Shown: positions 42,582-52,936, counted from the stretch's first letter. The stretch: 64,000 nucleotides of DNA from Synechococcus sp. (GCA_047285805.1 JBJBCN010000002.1:896001-960000), one strand, 5' to 3'. Numbers and translations are program-made. The notes: a model not told the origin generated them from the letters alone.

Positions 42582-43388
42582 ATGCGCGCACCCCTGCCTG
42601 GAGCCGCCGCGATGGGTCTCGCCCGCGTTGTTCTGCCTGCTGCCCTGCTCTTGGCAGCGCTGCCGGTGCACCCCGGCCAAGCGGCTCCCGCCAAGTGTCC
42701 AAGCAGCACCGGACGCTTCGCGGTCTGGGGGGCCGGTGTCATCGCCAACCGCAAAACCCCAACCGCCCGGCTCATGGAGGAGCGCTGGCTCCCGGATGGG
42801 CGCGTCGAAGGACTGATCGTGGAGCGCCTCGGCCGCGACGAACGCCGCAGTGCCTATGGCGGTCAGCGGACGATCGGCAGCAACTGTGTCGCCGTCATCA
42901 AGCGCACGTTGCCCTGGGGTGTGGACCGCAGCGAAGTCGTGCTCGATAGTCGCGGCCGCCCCGTCTACGGCTTGATCCGCCACCCAGGACAGGTGCTGAG
43001 CGAGAGCTGGCTCCCGATGGCGACGGGCCGCTGCAACAAAGCCAACCTCAATGGTCTGGTGGTCAGCCGGCAGGTGGGCCTCAGCCAAGTCAATGGCGGC
43101 TGGAGCCCCAACGCCGTGGTGCAACGGGAACACTGGAGCAACGGCAGCGTGGAGGGCATCGCCCTCTCCAGCTACGGCGGAGACAACGAAACCGTCAGCT
43201 ACAACGGCGCCCTCAGCCTGAGCCCCAAGAGCTGCTGGGGAACGATCCAGGAAACCGACCAGACCGGACGGAGCTACAACTACAGTGCCCTGATCGTGAA
43301 CGGCCGCAGCAGCAAGGGCGCCCGCGGCTACCTCTACCTGCAGCGCGATCCGGCTGATCTGACCGTGGGCTGGTTGGTGCGCGACTAG
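42582..43388 (+). CDS. Hypothetical secreted protein with internal duplication
   Basis: Signal peptide; two similar beta-rich halves, each with 2 Cys. Confidence 0.75.
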   Translation: MRAPLPGAAAMGLARVVLPAALLLAALPVHPGQAAPAKCPSSTGRFAVWGAGVIANRKTPTARLMEERWLPDGRVEGLIVERLGRDERRSAYGGQRTIGSNCVAVIKRTLPWGVDRSEVVLDSRGRPVYGLIRHPGQVLSESWLPMATGRCNKANLNGLVVSRQVGLSQVNGGWSPNAVVQREHWSNGSVEGIALSSYGGDNETVSYNGALSLSPKSCWGTIQETDQTGRSYNYSALIVNGRSSKGARGYLYLQRDPADLTVGWLVRD

Positions 43389-45439
43389 GCCTTCAACACC
43401 CGAGCGATCACGGCCGCCTGAGCAAACCCCATCGCGTGCAAACGCGCCAGGGCCGCCTCCGCCCGGGACGCCGGCAGGACCGCCAGCAGCGGTCCGCAGG
43501 TCTGGGGATCAATCCACAACTGCTGATCCACCGCCGTGGCGGGCGTCAGGCAACGCACGCACGCCACGGGGTCCAGGTGGGCCAAGGCCCGGGCGTTGGA
43601 GGGGGCCAGGGTGCTGGCCTGCCCCTGCTCGAGCAGAGCCCGCGCTCCAGGCAGGGCCGGAATGGCACCGGGGTCCAGCTCCACCACTTGGCCCGCTACG
43701 AGCATCTCAGCGAGGTGACCAAGCAGGCCAAAGCCCGTGATGTCCGTGCAGGCACGGCAACCGTGCTCCTGCAACAGCTCCACCAGGGGAGCTTGGTTCT
43801 GCTGCATCGTCTCCAAGGCGGAGTCGATCCACTCGGGCTTGGCGAGCCCGGCCATCGCCGCCGCGAACAGCACCCCGGTGCCGATCGGCCGGGTCAAGAG
43901 CAAAACCTGGCCGTCCTGCAGTGGGCCCTTGGGCCAGTGGCGCTCAGGGGCGACCGATCCATTGACGCTCAAGCTCAGCCCCAGGCCAGCGCCATCGCGT
44001 CCCTCCAGGGTGTGACCACCGAGCAACGGCACCCCGAGCGGATCGAGCACCGAGCGCACGCCGGCCAGGGTTTGAAAGAGCAGCTCCTGCTGCAGGGGGG
44101 CGGATGCCTCCGGCAGGGTGACTAGGGCCTGCACGCTCTGGAGCTGGGCACCACAGGCCCAGAGGTCGCTGCTGGCATGCAAGGTCGTCAACCGCGCATT
44201 CAGCCAGGGGTCATCCACCAGGGCCGGAAAGCCATCGAGGCTCTGCAGCAACAGCGCACCACTGGAGCTGAGAGCCAGCACTGCCGCATCCTCCGGCGGC
44301 GGGCAACCGGCCTCCGGCTCCAGCCTGGCCAGGGCGCGCTGGAGGGGATCCGCAGCGACCTTCGCGGCACAGCCCCGGCAGGCCATCGCCTCCCCGTCCG
44401 CCATGGCCGCGCCGCGCTCAAACCCCTTCATGAAGCGCCGATCGATGCGCTGCTTCCAGCGCCAGAGCAGCCGGTAGGGGCCAAGGGCCCTGGCCCCGTA
44501 GAAGGCAACGGCACGCGATCCTCCGTCACCGAGCAATTGCAGCGCCCGGGCCTGGGGACGCCAGGACCTTAATCTCCGCTGGGGCTCCTCGATGCTGCGC
44601 TTGAGGTTGCGGGCCAGCAGCGGCGCGGCGCGCACCGCCCAAACCCCCGAAGCGGGCCTGGGGTCGCGGCGAATCAAACCGCAGTCACCCGAAGCAAACA
44701 GCTGGGGATGGCCCTCCACCGCCAGGGTCGGCTCCGTCCAAACCCTGCCGCTCAGGGGATCGCAGGGCAGGCCGCTGGCCGCCAACCAAGGCGGCGCCTC
44801 CGAGCCGGTGCAGGCCAAATCCGCCGGCGTATCCGGGCCCACACGCCGGCTAAGGGGGATCCCCGCCTCGGCCAGCAGGCGCTCCCCGGCGCGGTTCGCC
44901 GCCGGCGAACCCAGGTGCAGCTGCTCAGCCCGCAGCAGCAAGCGGGGCTGATGGCCGCGGGTGACCAACGCGAGGGCCAGCTCCACCGCCGCGGCCCCGC
45001 CACCACGGATGCTGATCGCGCGCGGTGCCTGCTGCAGCCACGCCAGGAAGGGCTCCAGCGGTTTGACCCCGAGCTGCCCGGCTGCCTCCCGGGTCTGGCA
45101 GCCCACATCCAAGCTGAGGCGATCAAAGGCCAGCGGTGGCCGCCCGGCCAGCAGCAGCTGTGCGCCCGGCAGATCCAGCCCCGTGATCTCGGCTCGAACA
45201 AAGGTGACACCGGCTCGCGCGCAGAGATCGCGCAGATCAATCGAGCACTCACTCAGGCCGTAGAGCCCCGCCACCAGACCCGGCACCATCCCCGAATAGA
45301 GGGCCGTGCTGCCGCGATTCACCAGCACCACTTGGGTGTCCTTGGGCTTGAGCTGCGGCCGCATCAACCAACGCCGCAGCAAAAGGGCGTGGCTGTGGCC
45401 ACCACCTGCCAGAAGCAGCAGCTGGCGGGGACGGGTCAT
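43385..45439 (-). CDS. selD: Pyridine nucleotide-disulfide oxidoreductase-selenophosphate synthetase (SelD) fusion
   Basis: N-terminal GGGHSH, YSGMVPG, GDC and SGVWAVR; C-terminal CRGCAAK, EDAA, LGGHT, TDITGFGLLGHL and DPQTCGPLL. Confidence 0.88.
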   Translation of the reverse strand: MTRPRQLLLLAGGGHSHALLLRRWLMRPQLKPKDTQVVLVNRGSTALYSGMVPGLVAGLYGLSECSIDLRDLCARAGVTFVRAEITGLDLPGAQLLLAGRPPLAFDRLSLDVGCQTREAAGQLGVKPLEPFLAWLQQAPRAISIRGGGAAAVELALALVTRGHQPRLLLRAEQLHLGSPAANRAGERLLAEAGIPLSRRVGPDTPADLACTGSEAPPWLAASGLPCDPLSGRVWTEPTLAVEGHPQLFASGDCGLIRRDPRPASGVWAVRAAPLLARNLKRSIEEPQRRLRSWRPQARALQLLGDGGSRAVAFYGARALGPYRLLWRWKQRIDRRFMKGFERGAAMADGEAMACRGCAAKVAADPLQRALARLEPEAGCPPPEDAAVLALSSSGALLLQSLDGFPALVDDPWLNARLTTLHASSDLWACGAQLQSVQALVTLPEASAPLQQELLFQTLAGVRSVLDPLGVPLLGGHTLEGRDGAGLGLSLSVNGSVAPERHWPKGPLQDGQVLLLTRPIGTGVLFAAAMAGLAKPEWIDSALETMQQNQAPLVELLQEHGCRACTDITGFGLLGHLAEMLVAGQVVELDPGAIPALPGARALLEQGQASTLAPSNARALAHLDPVACVRCLTPATAVDQQLWIDPQTCGPLLAVLPASRAEAALARLHAMGFAQAAVIARVLKA

Positions 45440-46869
45440 GGCCGCTCGTGGGCCGCATCACCCAGATCGACGCCCTTGGTCTCAATGCGATAGATCCAGG
45501 TCACCGCGGCGCCCACGAGCGAGGAGAGCACCAGCAGCGGCAGCAGCCGTTGCGTGCCCCATTGCGCCAAGAGGACTGGAAACAGAAAGGCCGTGAGCAC
45601 GGCGCCGACCTTTCCTGCCGCGGCCGCCACGCCAGCCCCCAAGCCCCGCAGATGGGTCGGGAAGAGCTCACCAGCCAACAGATAGGTCTGGGCATTGGGC
45701 CCGACATTGGTCATGAACTGGAAGACCACAAAGCCGGCCAGGATCAAGGGCAGGCTTTGGCCAAAGGGGCCATCACCAGAGCCCAAGGCCGCCAAGGCCA
45801 AACCAAGGGCACAGCCGATGAAACCAAGGATCTGCAGGGGGATGCGGCCCCAGCGATCCGCCAGGGCAATCGCCACCGCGATCCCAGCGACGAAGGCCAG
45901 GTCGACCAAGGCCGCCCCCTTGGCTCCGAGCAGGTCATCATGGATGACTGCGCTGACGCTGTGGCCGCCCAACTCGGTGCCAAAGACAGCACCGATGATC
46001 ACCGGGGTGAAGATCCCAATGCCGTAGGTCGAGATGTCCTGAAGGAACCACGGCACCGAGGCAAGCACCGTGGCCCGTAGGAGTCGGCCTTGGAACAGCT
46101 CCCGCCAGGAGCCGTGGGCGGCAGAGGCGCCCTCTGTGGGGTGGAGGTCCACGTCGGAGCGGTTCAAGAGCAGCCCCAACTGCTGTTCGGCGCCGCGGAG
46201 GTCACCGCGGGAAGCCAACCAGTGGCTGCTCTCCGGCAGCAGCAATCGCCCCCATGCCACCAGGGCAACGGGAATCACCGGATAGAAGTAGAAGCTGCGC
46301 CAGGCCTGCAGTTCAGGGCTTACGAGCAACACGCCAATTCCCAAGGCGGTGGCCGCCAGCGCCCCCAGGGCCTGAAAACTGAAGGCCCCAAGCACCAAGC
46401 GACCCCGGATCGCCGAGGGGATCGATTCAGAAATCACCAGATGGGCCGTGGGGTAGTCCGCCCCGAGGGCTACCCCCACCAAGAGCAAACAGACCAGCAG
46501 CAGGCCAAAACTCGGACTGAAGGCCGCACCGATCAAGCCCAGCAACAGCAGGAGCATCTCAGCGATGAAGACCGGTTTTCGCCCCCAGCGATCCGCCAAC
46601 CCGCCCAAGACCAGGGCACCGAGCAGGATCCCGAAGAGGGGAGCCGCCGTGAGCAGGCCGCGTTCCGCCGTGTTGAGGGCGAATTCCTCGTGGACCAACG
46701 GCAGGGCAATGCCGCCGATGAAGACGATGAAGCCTTCGAAAAACTTGCCAGCCGAGGCCAGAAGCCAGACCAACCACTGCATCGAGGAGAGGGGCGGACC
46801 GGCCAGATCGTCCCCGCTGGACCAGCGGGGCACCTCTTCGATGTAGCCCTGAACCTGACGCCGCTCCAT
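45436..46869 (-). CDS. MFS transporter (sugar/phosphate porter-like)
   Basis: LADRWGRK, GADYP, LPES and GELFPTHLRG motifs; about 12 TM helices. Confidence 0.9.
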   Translation of the reverse strand: MERRQVQGYIEEVPRWSSGDDLAGPPLSSMQWLVWLLASAGKFFEGFIVFIGGIALPLVHEEFALNTAERGLLTAAPLFGILLGALVLGGLADRWGRKPVFIAEMLLLLLGLIGAAFSPSFGLLLVCLLLVGVALGADYPTAHLVISESIPSAIRGRLVLGAFSFQALGALAATALGIGVLLVSPELQAWRSFYFYPVIPVALVAWGRLLLPESSHWLASRGDLRGAEQQLGLLLNRSDVDLHPTEGASAAHGSWRELFQGRLLRATVLASVPWFLQDISTYGIGIFTPVIIGAVFGTELGGHSVSAVIHDDLLGAKGAALVDLAFVAGIAVAIALADRWGRIPLQILGFIGCALGLALAALGSGDGPFGQSLPLILAGFVVFQFMTNVGPNAQTYLLAGELFPTHLRGLGAGVAAAAGKVGAVLTAFLFPVLLAQWGTQRLLPLLVLSSLVGAAVTWIYRIETKGVDLGDAAHERP

Positions 46870-47613
46870 TTAGGCAATCTGCCTGAGGAATTGCCGCGTG
46901 CGCTCGTGTTGTGGCGCGCTGAAGAACTGCTCGGGCGGCGCAATCTCGACCACTTCCCCCTCCGCCATCAGCACCACCCGGCTGGCCACTTGACGGGCAA
47001 AGCGCACCTCGTGGGTGACGACCACCATGGTCATGCCTTCGCGGGCCAGTTCCTGCATCACCTCCAGCACCTCCTGCACCATCTCCGGGTCAAGAGCACT
47101 GGTGGGTTCGTCGAAGAGCATCACCCGCGGCTCCATGCAGAGGGAACGGGCAATCGCGACCCGTTGCTGCTGACCGCCGGAAAGCTGGCCGGGGTATTTG
47201 TGCGCCTGCTCGCGGATATTCACCCGCTCCAGCAGCTCCAGGGCCTCGCCCTCAACCTCTGCCTTCTCCCGCTTGCGCACCAGCACGGGCGCCAGGCAGA
47301 GGTTCTCGAGCACCGTCAGGTGCGGGAAAAGGTTGAACTGTTGAAAGACCATCCCCACCTCCCGGCGGATTGCATCGATGTTGCGCACGTCATCGGAGAG
47401 CGCCATCCCATCGACGACGATCTCTCCCCCTTGGAAATCCTCGAGGGCATTGAAGGTGCGAATGAAGGTGCTCTTACCGGAGCCGGAAGGCCCCATGATC
47501 ACGACCACCTCACCGCGGTAGACGTTCAAATCCACACCCCGGAGGGCGTGGTAGCCGTTGGGGTACCACTTCTCGACCCCGCGGGCCTCGATCATCACAT
47601 CGCGATCCGTCAT
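46870..47613 (-). CDS. Polar amino-acid ABC transporter ATPase (AapP-like)
   Basis: GPSGSGKST, VFQQFNLFPH, LSGGQQQR and DEPTSALDPE motifs. Confidence 0.93.
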   Translation of the reverse strand: MTDRDVMIEARGVEKWYPNGYHALRGVDLNVYRGEVVVIMGPSGSGKSTFIRTFNALEDFQGGEIVVDGMALSDDVRNIDAIRREVGMVFQQFNLFPHLTVLENLCLAPVLVRKREKAEVEGEALELLERVNIREQAHKYPGQLSGGQQQRVAIARSLCMEPRVMLFDEPTSALDPEMVQEVLEVMQELAREGMTMVVVTHEVRFARQVASRVVLMAEGEVVEIAPPEQFFSAPQHERTRQFLRQIA

Positions 47614-47621
47614 GGCAAGCC

Positions 47622-48833
47622 TCAGGCGGGTTGGGGGTTGGTGTTCAGGCGGGTTTCCAGGGCGCGGCTCCCCAAACCCAAGGCAGCGCAGCAGCACCAA
47701 AACAGCACCGCCAGCACCAGATAGACCTCGGCGTCTTTACCGATAAAGGCCGGATTGGCCATGACCGCCCGGGCGGTCCCCAGCAGCTCAAACAGGCCGA
47801 TCAGCGAGAGCAAGGTGGTGTCTTGCAGCAGGTTGATGAACTGCCCGACCATGGCCGGCAGGGCCACCCGCAGGGCCTGGGGCAAGACCACCTTGAGCAT
47901 CGCCTGATGGACCGGCAAGCCCAGGGCGCGGGCCGCTTCCATCTGACCGGGGGGCAAGGCCACAAGTCCAGAGCGAACGGCTTCGGCGACATAGGCCGCC
48001 GCAAAGAAGGTCAGCACCCAGGCCGCCCGCCAGACCCGATCCGGGGTGAAGCCGCCCGGCAGCAGCAAGCCCAGGATGTTCTGCCCCAAAAAGAGCAGGG
48101 TGATCAACGGCGCGCCGCGGATGAACTCGATGTAAAGCACGGAAAGCCAACGCAACAGCGGCAGGCTGCTGCGCCGGCCCAGGGCGAGCAGCACCCCGAG
48201 GGGAAAGCAGAGCAGGATCGAGAAGCAGGCCTCAATCAAGGTCAACAGCAATCCCCCCCAGCGATAGGGGGAGACCGCAGGCACGCCGAATCCACCGGCA
48301 ATCAAGGTCATGCCAAGGAGATAAAGCAGCGGCCAGATCAATGGCCAACCGCGGCGGGCGATGGCGGGCAGGGCCGTACCCCAACGCCCGGCCAACCAAC
48401 GGCAGGCCAGCACAAGGGCCGTGATCGACCACCAGCGCAGGGCGATGGCAGCGCTCAACTGCAAGAAGAGCGGAACGAGCACACCCAAGCCGCTCAGCAG
48501 GCCCACCGCCAAACGGTCATTGGCGGGCCAGAGGACCGCGCGGCGATCGGGGCGGGGCAAGGCGCGCAGCAACCCCCAGCTCAAACCCGTGGCCCCCGCT
48601 AGCAGCCTGGTCAGCAACCAGAGGCGCCACTGCTGATCCAGTGGGTAGCGGCCGACAGCGAACAGGGTGCTGTTGACCTGGATGACCGCCCACTGGGCCT
48701 TGAACACCAGCCAGTGCAGCAGGGCCTGGCCGCCGGCCAACAAGGCCGCCAGCAGAACAACCGTGATCAGGCCATCGAGGGGAGAGGCGAAGAAAGCGGC
48801 CCGCAGCCGCTGCAGCGCAGAGGGACGGTCCAT
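47622..48833 (-). CDS. Amino-acid ABC permease (AapM/NatH-like)
   Basis: YIEFIRGAPLI and AYVAEAVRSG...GQMEAARALG motifs. Confidence 0.9.
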   Translation of the reverse strand: MDRPSALQRLRAAFFASPLDGLITVVLLAALLAGGQALLHWLVFKAQWAVIQVNSTLFAVGRYPLDQQWRLWLLTRLLAGATGLSWGLLRALPRPDRRAVLWPANDRLAVGLLSGLGVLVPLFLQLSAAIALRWWSITALVLACRWLAGRWGTALPAIARRGWPLIWPLLYLLGMTLIAGGFGVPAVSPYRWGGLLLTLIEACFSILLCFPLGVLLALGRRSSLPLLRWLSVLYIEFIRGAPLITLLFLGQNILGLLLPGGFTPDRVWRAAWVLTFFAAAYVAEAVRSGLVALPPGQMEAARALGLPVHQAMLKVVLPQALRVALPAMVGQFINLLQDTTLLSLIGLFELLGTARAVMANPAFIGKDAEVYLVLAVLFWCCCAALGLGSRALETRLNTNPQPA

Positions 48834-49789
48834 CAACGGCTCCTCAGCTGCACGGCCCGATTCAGCCCGTTCATCAAGGACGAGATCACCAGGTCAATCG
48901 CCAGGTACGCCCCCAGCAGGATCACCATCACCTCCACGGCCCGGCCGGTTTGGTTCAAGGTCGTCTCCGCCACCGAGTAGAGGTCCGCGTAGCCGCAGGC
49001 GATGGCCAGCGACGAGCTCTTCGCCAGGGAGATGTACTGGTTATTCAGGCCGGGAACAATCACCGGCAGGGCCTGGGGCAGCACCACTCGCCGCAGGGTT
49101 TGCATGGGCGTGAAACCCAAGGAGCGGGCCGCCTCCCATTGTCCCTTGGGCACCGAGGCAATCCCGCCGCGCACCACCTCGGAGATGAAGGCGGAGATGT
49201 AGACGATCAAGCCCGTCAGCAGAGCGGCGAATTCAACGCTCAGGCGAATCGGCGCCTGCCAGACCCCGTTCACCAATTCGGGCATCCCCAGGTAGAGGCC
49301 CGACTGGGCCAGCACCAGCCCGGGCCACTGGATCGCATTGGCCCCACCGGGCAGGGCCAGAAAGACCACAAAATACCAAAACACCAACTGCAGCAGCAGC
49401 GGGATGTTGCGGATCAACTCGACGTAGACCCGCGCCAGCCCCCGCAGCAGGGCATTGCCGCTGAAGGAGGCCACCCCGACGGCGGTGCCGACGATCGAAG
49501 CGCCAATCAGACCGATGACGACAACCCGCAGGGTGTTGACCAGTCCGGCCAGCAGGGCCCACCAGTAGGGCTGCTCCGCGCTGAAGGGCAACCAACTGCC
49601 GGCGATGTCAAAGCCGGCGGGGTTACCGATCCAGCGCCAGGTCAGCAACAACCCAGCCGCCGCTAAGTTGCGCACCAAATTGCCCACGAGGAAGGCCACC
49701 AGGACGAGCACCAGCAGCCCGACGGCGGCCTGAACCAGCCACGGGATCAGGCGGCGGTTGCGCCACCAAGGGGTGACCGGTGGCCTCAT
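48833..49789 (-). CDS. Amino-acid ABC permease (AapQ/NatG-like)
   Basis: YVELIRNIPLLLQL and SEVVRGGI...GQWEAARSLG motifs. Confidence 0.9.
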   Translation of the reverse strand: MRPPVTPWWRNRRLIPWLVQAAVGLLVLVLVAFLVGNLVRNLAAAGLLLTWRWIGNPAGFDIAGSWLPFSAEQPYWWALLAGLVNTLRVVVIGLIGASIVGTAVGVASFSGNALLRGLARVYVELIRNIPLLLQLVFWYFVVFLALPGGANAIQWPGLVLAQSGLYLGMPELVNGVWQAPIRLSVEFAALLTGLIVYISAFISEVVRGGIASVPKGQWEAARSLGFTPMQTLRRVVLPQALPVIVPGLNNQYISLAKSSSLAIACGYADLYSVAETTLNQTGRAVEVMVILLGAYLAIDLVISSLMNGLNRAVQLRSR

Positions 49790-50862
49790 CAGCGGAAGGG
49801 GGGCGAGTAGATCAGACCGCCATCGGTCCACTGACGGTTGGTGCCCCGCGCGAGGTTGATGCTGGTGTTCACGCCCAGGTTGCGATCAAAGATCTCGCCG
49901 TAGTTGCCGGTGGCCTTGATCACCTGAACAACGAAGTCAGCCGGCAAACCCAGCTGCTGGCCCAGCTGACCATCCACCCCCAGGAAGCGACGCAGATCGG
50001 CCTGGTTGGGATCGGCCGTTGCTTCGGCGAGCTTGCCCTCGACATTGGCCTGGGTGATGCCGGACTCCTCCGCCTGCATTAACGCGAAGGTGATCCAGCG
50101 CACCGCGTCGGCCCAGACCGGATCGCCATTCACCGTGGCCGTGGCCAGGGGCTCCTTGCTGAGGTCACCGGCCAACAGCATGTGGGCCTTGGGGTCGAGG
50201 AAGCTGCTGCGCTTGGCCGCGAGCAAAGCCCGATCGCTGGTGACCGCCACGCAGCGCCCCTGGAGGTAGGCCGCGTAGGTCTGGCCGTCGTTCTGAAACT
50301 TCAGCGGCATGTAGGCGGCGTTGAGCTCGCGCATCCGATCGGCGAGGTTCAACTCCGTTGTGGTGCCTGTGGTCACGCAGATCGGTTTGCCAGCCAACTG
50401 CTTCAGCGTGGTGATGCCGCTGCCGGCGTTCACCATCACGGCCTGGCCGCCATAGAAGTGAATCGGGCCAAAGCTCAGGGCGTTGCCCCCCGCCGCATCG
50501 CGGCTCAGGGTCATCGTGGTGCTGCGGGAGAGCAGATCCACCTCACCGCTGTTCACCGCCGCAAAGCGCTCACTGGCGCTGAGGTCACGGAACTGCACCC
50601 GACCTGGATCGCTGAGCAAACCCGCGGCCACGGCCCGGCAGAGGTCCACCTCGAAGCCCTGGTAGCGGCCATCCGGGGCGACAAAGCTGAAGCCCGGCAA
50701 CTTGCCATCAACGCCGCAGACCAATTCGCCCCGCGCCTTCACCGCGGCCAGCTTTTGGCTTTGCAGCCCGGAGCCCTCCACTGCACAACCGGTCAGGGCC
50801 AGGCCAGCGAGCAGAGAAACGGCTCGAAACACCTTGCCGATGAGCGAGAGGGGATGGGGCAT
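49789..50862 (-). CDS. Amino-acid ABC substrate-binding lipoprotein (AapJ/NatF-like)
   Basis: Lipobox LTGC; GELVCGV, GTTTELN, SKEPL, GNYGEIF and YSPPFR motifs. Confidence 0.9.
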   Translation of the reverse strand: MPHPLSLIGKVFRAVSLLAGLALTGCAVEGSGLQSQKLAAVKARGELVCGVDGKLPGFSFVAPDGRYQGFEVDLCRAVAAGLLSDPGRVQFRDLSASERFAAVNSGEVDLLSRSTTMTLSRDAAGGNALSFGPIHFYGGQAVMVNAGSGITTLKQLAGKPICVTTGTTTELNLADRMRELNAAYMPLKFQNDGQTYAAYLQGRCVAVTSDRALLAAKRSSFLDPKAHMLLAGDLSKEPLATATVNGDPVWADAVRWITFALMQAEESGITQANVEGKLAEATADPNQADLRRFLGVDGQLGQQLGLPADFVVQVIKATGNYGEIFDRNLGVNTSINLARGTNRQWTDGGLIYSPPFR

Positions 50863-50899
50863 CAATCGGAGCTCATTTCGCGAATTGTGCCATCGGTTT

Positions 50900-51178
50900 T
50901 TAGGGCTGGGGCGATGCCAGCAACTGCTCCTGCAACGCTTGGGCCGTGAGGCCATCCACCTCAATCCACTTCATCCGGCTGGTCTGGCCGCGGACAAGCA
51001 CCACGCTGCGGGGCAGCGCACCCAAGGCGCGGGCGACAAAGCGCAGCATGGCCTTGCTGGCCTCACCGTCCAGCAAGGGAGCCTTGAGCTGAATCTCAAT
51101 CGCCCCATCCCGCCGACCCTGCACCTGGTCAAGGCTGGTGCAGGGCTGCACACGGATCGCGACCAACTCCGCCGCCAA
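50900..51178 (-). CDS. DUF167 (YggU-like) protein
   Basis: IRVQP, LKAPLLDGEAS and RGQTSRMK motifs (somewhat divergent). Confidence 0.7.
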   Translation of the reverse strand: MAAELVAIRVQPCTSLDQVQGRRDGAIEIQLKAPLLDGEASKAMLRFVARALGALPRSVVLVRGQTSRMKWIEVDGLTAQALQEQLLASPQP

Positions 51179-51238
51179 ATGAATCCCTGGACAGGCGTGC
51201 CTAGGGTCACCTCATCTGTCGCTGCATGCAACGCGTCG

Positions 51239-51808
51239 ATGAGCTCCATCAAGCGTCTGAGCTGGGCCATTGAGAACGTCTTTGAGCGTTGGCTCTGGAA
51301 ATTCCGCTTGATCGCGATCGTCCCCGTAGTGATGAGCCTGCTGGGGAGCGGCGCCACCTTCATCAGCGGAACCTCAGAGATCTGGCACTCGATGGGGCTG
51401 CTGCTCGATGCCTCCCCCGACGACAGCCGCACCGTGGCCCTGCTGTTGGGGGAACTGGTGGGCGGCGTTGATCTCTATCTGATTGGGATCGCCCTGATGA
51501 TCTTTGGCTATGGCGTCTACGAGCTACTGATCTCCGACATAGAAGCAGCCCGCAGCCCGGGCGCCGGCGGCAACGGCCTCCTGGACATCCGCAGCCTGGA
51601 TGTCCTGAAGGAGAAGTTGGTCAAGGTGATCCTGGTGGCCTTGATCGTGGCCGCCTTCAAATCGATGTTGATCTTCCCGATCGACAACACCACGAACCTG
51701 CTCGTCTTCTCCGGCTCTGTGCTGCTGTTGGCCCTCTCGGCCTACCTCGTCTCCGGCGGGCCCAACCGCTCCACCTGGAACCAGCCCCGGGAGACACCCT
51801 TTGAGTAG
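51239..51808 (+). CDS. YqhA/UPF0114-family membrane protein
   Basis: VDLYLIGIALMIFGYGVYELLIS and SLDVLKEKL motifs. Confidence 0.85.
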   Translation: MSSIKRLSWAIENVFERWLWKFRLIAIVPVVMSLLGSGATFISGTSEIWHSMGLLLDASPDDSRTVALLLGELVGGVDLYLIGIALMIFGYGVYELLISDIEAARSPGAGGNGLLDIRSLDVLKEKLVKVILVALIVAAFKSMLIFPIDNTTNLLVFSGSVLLLALSAYLVSGGPNRSTWNQPRETPFE

Positions 51809-51847
51809 GGCTGTTTGGCGTCGAGCCCTGGTGTGTAAAACAAAAGC

Positions 51848-52936
51848 ATGAGCAGCACTCTCACGATCAGCACCCCGGATGACTGGCATCTCCACCTGCG
51901 CGATGGGGAGATGCTTCAGGCCGTGGTCGGCCACACCGCGCGACAATTCGCACGGGCGATCGTGATGCCCAACCTCAAGCCGCCGATCACCACCGTGGAG
52001 CAAGCCAAGGCCTACCGCGATCGGATCACAGCCGCCCTAAGCGCCAGCCAAGGGCCTGATGCCGCAGCGGGCTTCACGCCTCTGATGACCGCCTACCTGA
52101 CGGAGACCATCAACCCCGCCGAACTGGAGCGGGGCTACGGGGACGGGGTCTTCACCGCCGCCAAGCTCTACCCCGCCGGCGCAACCACCAACTCCGATGC
52201 CGGGGTGCGCGATCTCGCCAACATCCAACCCGTTCTCGAGACGATGGAGCGGATTGGCATGCCGCTGCTGATACACGGCGAGGTCACCGATCCAGCCGTC
52301 GACATCTTTGATCGCGAGGCGGTCTTCATCGAGCAGCAGCTCATCCCTCTGCTCCAGCGCAATCCGGGCTTGAAGGTGGTGCTCGAGCACATCACCACCG
52401 CCGATGCGGCGAGCTTCGTCGCGACTGGGCCGGACAACCTGGCGGCGACGATCACCCCGCATCACCTGCATATCAACCGCAATGCCCTCTTCAAGGGGGG
52501 GCTGCGGCCAGATTTCTACTGCTTACCGATCGCCAAACGGGAACGTCACCGCCTCGCCCTACGGGCGGCGGCCACCGGTGGCAGCAGCAAGTTCTTCCTG
52601 GGTACCGATTCCGCGCCCCACCCGAGGGGATCCAAGGAATCGGCCTGCGGCTGTGCCGGGATCTTCAACGCACCGTTTGCCATCGAGAGCTACGCCCAGG
52701 TCTTCGAGGAGGAGGGGGTGCTCGATCGCCTCGAGGCCTTTGCCAGCGTGAATGGCCCGACCTTCTACGGGCTTCCGCTCAACACGGGCACGATTCAGCT
52801 GGAAAGCAACGGCTACATCGAGGCTGTTCCAATCTTGATGGAACTCGACAACGGCAGCACAACGCCAACAACCCTAGTGCCGTTTCACGCTGGTGAAGCA
52901 CTGAATTGGCGCCTCAATCGGGCCCAATGGCAGTGA
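51848..52936 (+). CDS. pyrC: Dihydroorotase (homodimeric type)
   Basis: PDDWHLHLRD, KLYPAGATTNS, EHITT and LGTDSAPH motifs. Confidence 0.96.
   Translation: MSSTLTISTPDDWHLHLRDGEMLQAVVGHTARQFARAIVMPNLKPPITTVEQAKAYRDRITAALSASQGPDAAAGFTPLMTAYLTETINPAELERGYGDGVFTAAKLYPAGATTNSDAGVRDLANIQPVLETMERIGMPLLIHGEVTDPAVDIFDREAVFIEQQLIPLLQRNPGLKVVLEHITTADAASFVATGPDNLAATITPHHLHINRNALFKGGLRPDFYCLPIAKRERHRLALRAAATGGSSKFFLGTDSAPHPRGSKESACGCAGIFNAPFAIESYAQVFEEEGVLDRLEAFASVNGPTFYGLPLNTGTIQLESNGYIEAVPILMELDNGSTTPTTLVPFHAGEALNWRLNRAQWQ

Noticed and set aside
44370..44385. Selenocysteine UGA in SelD
   Set aside because: The motif is encoded as CRGCAAK with Cys codons and the ORF is uninterrupted
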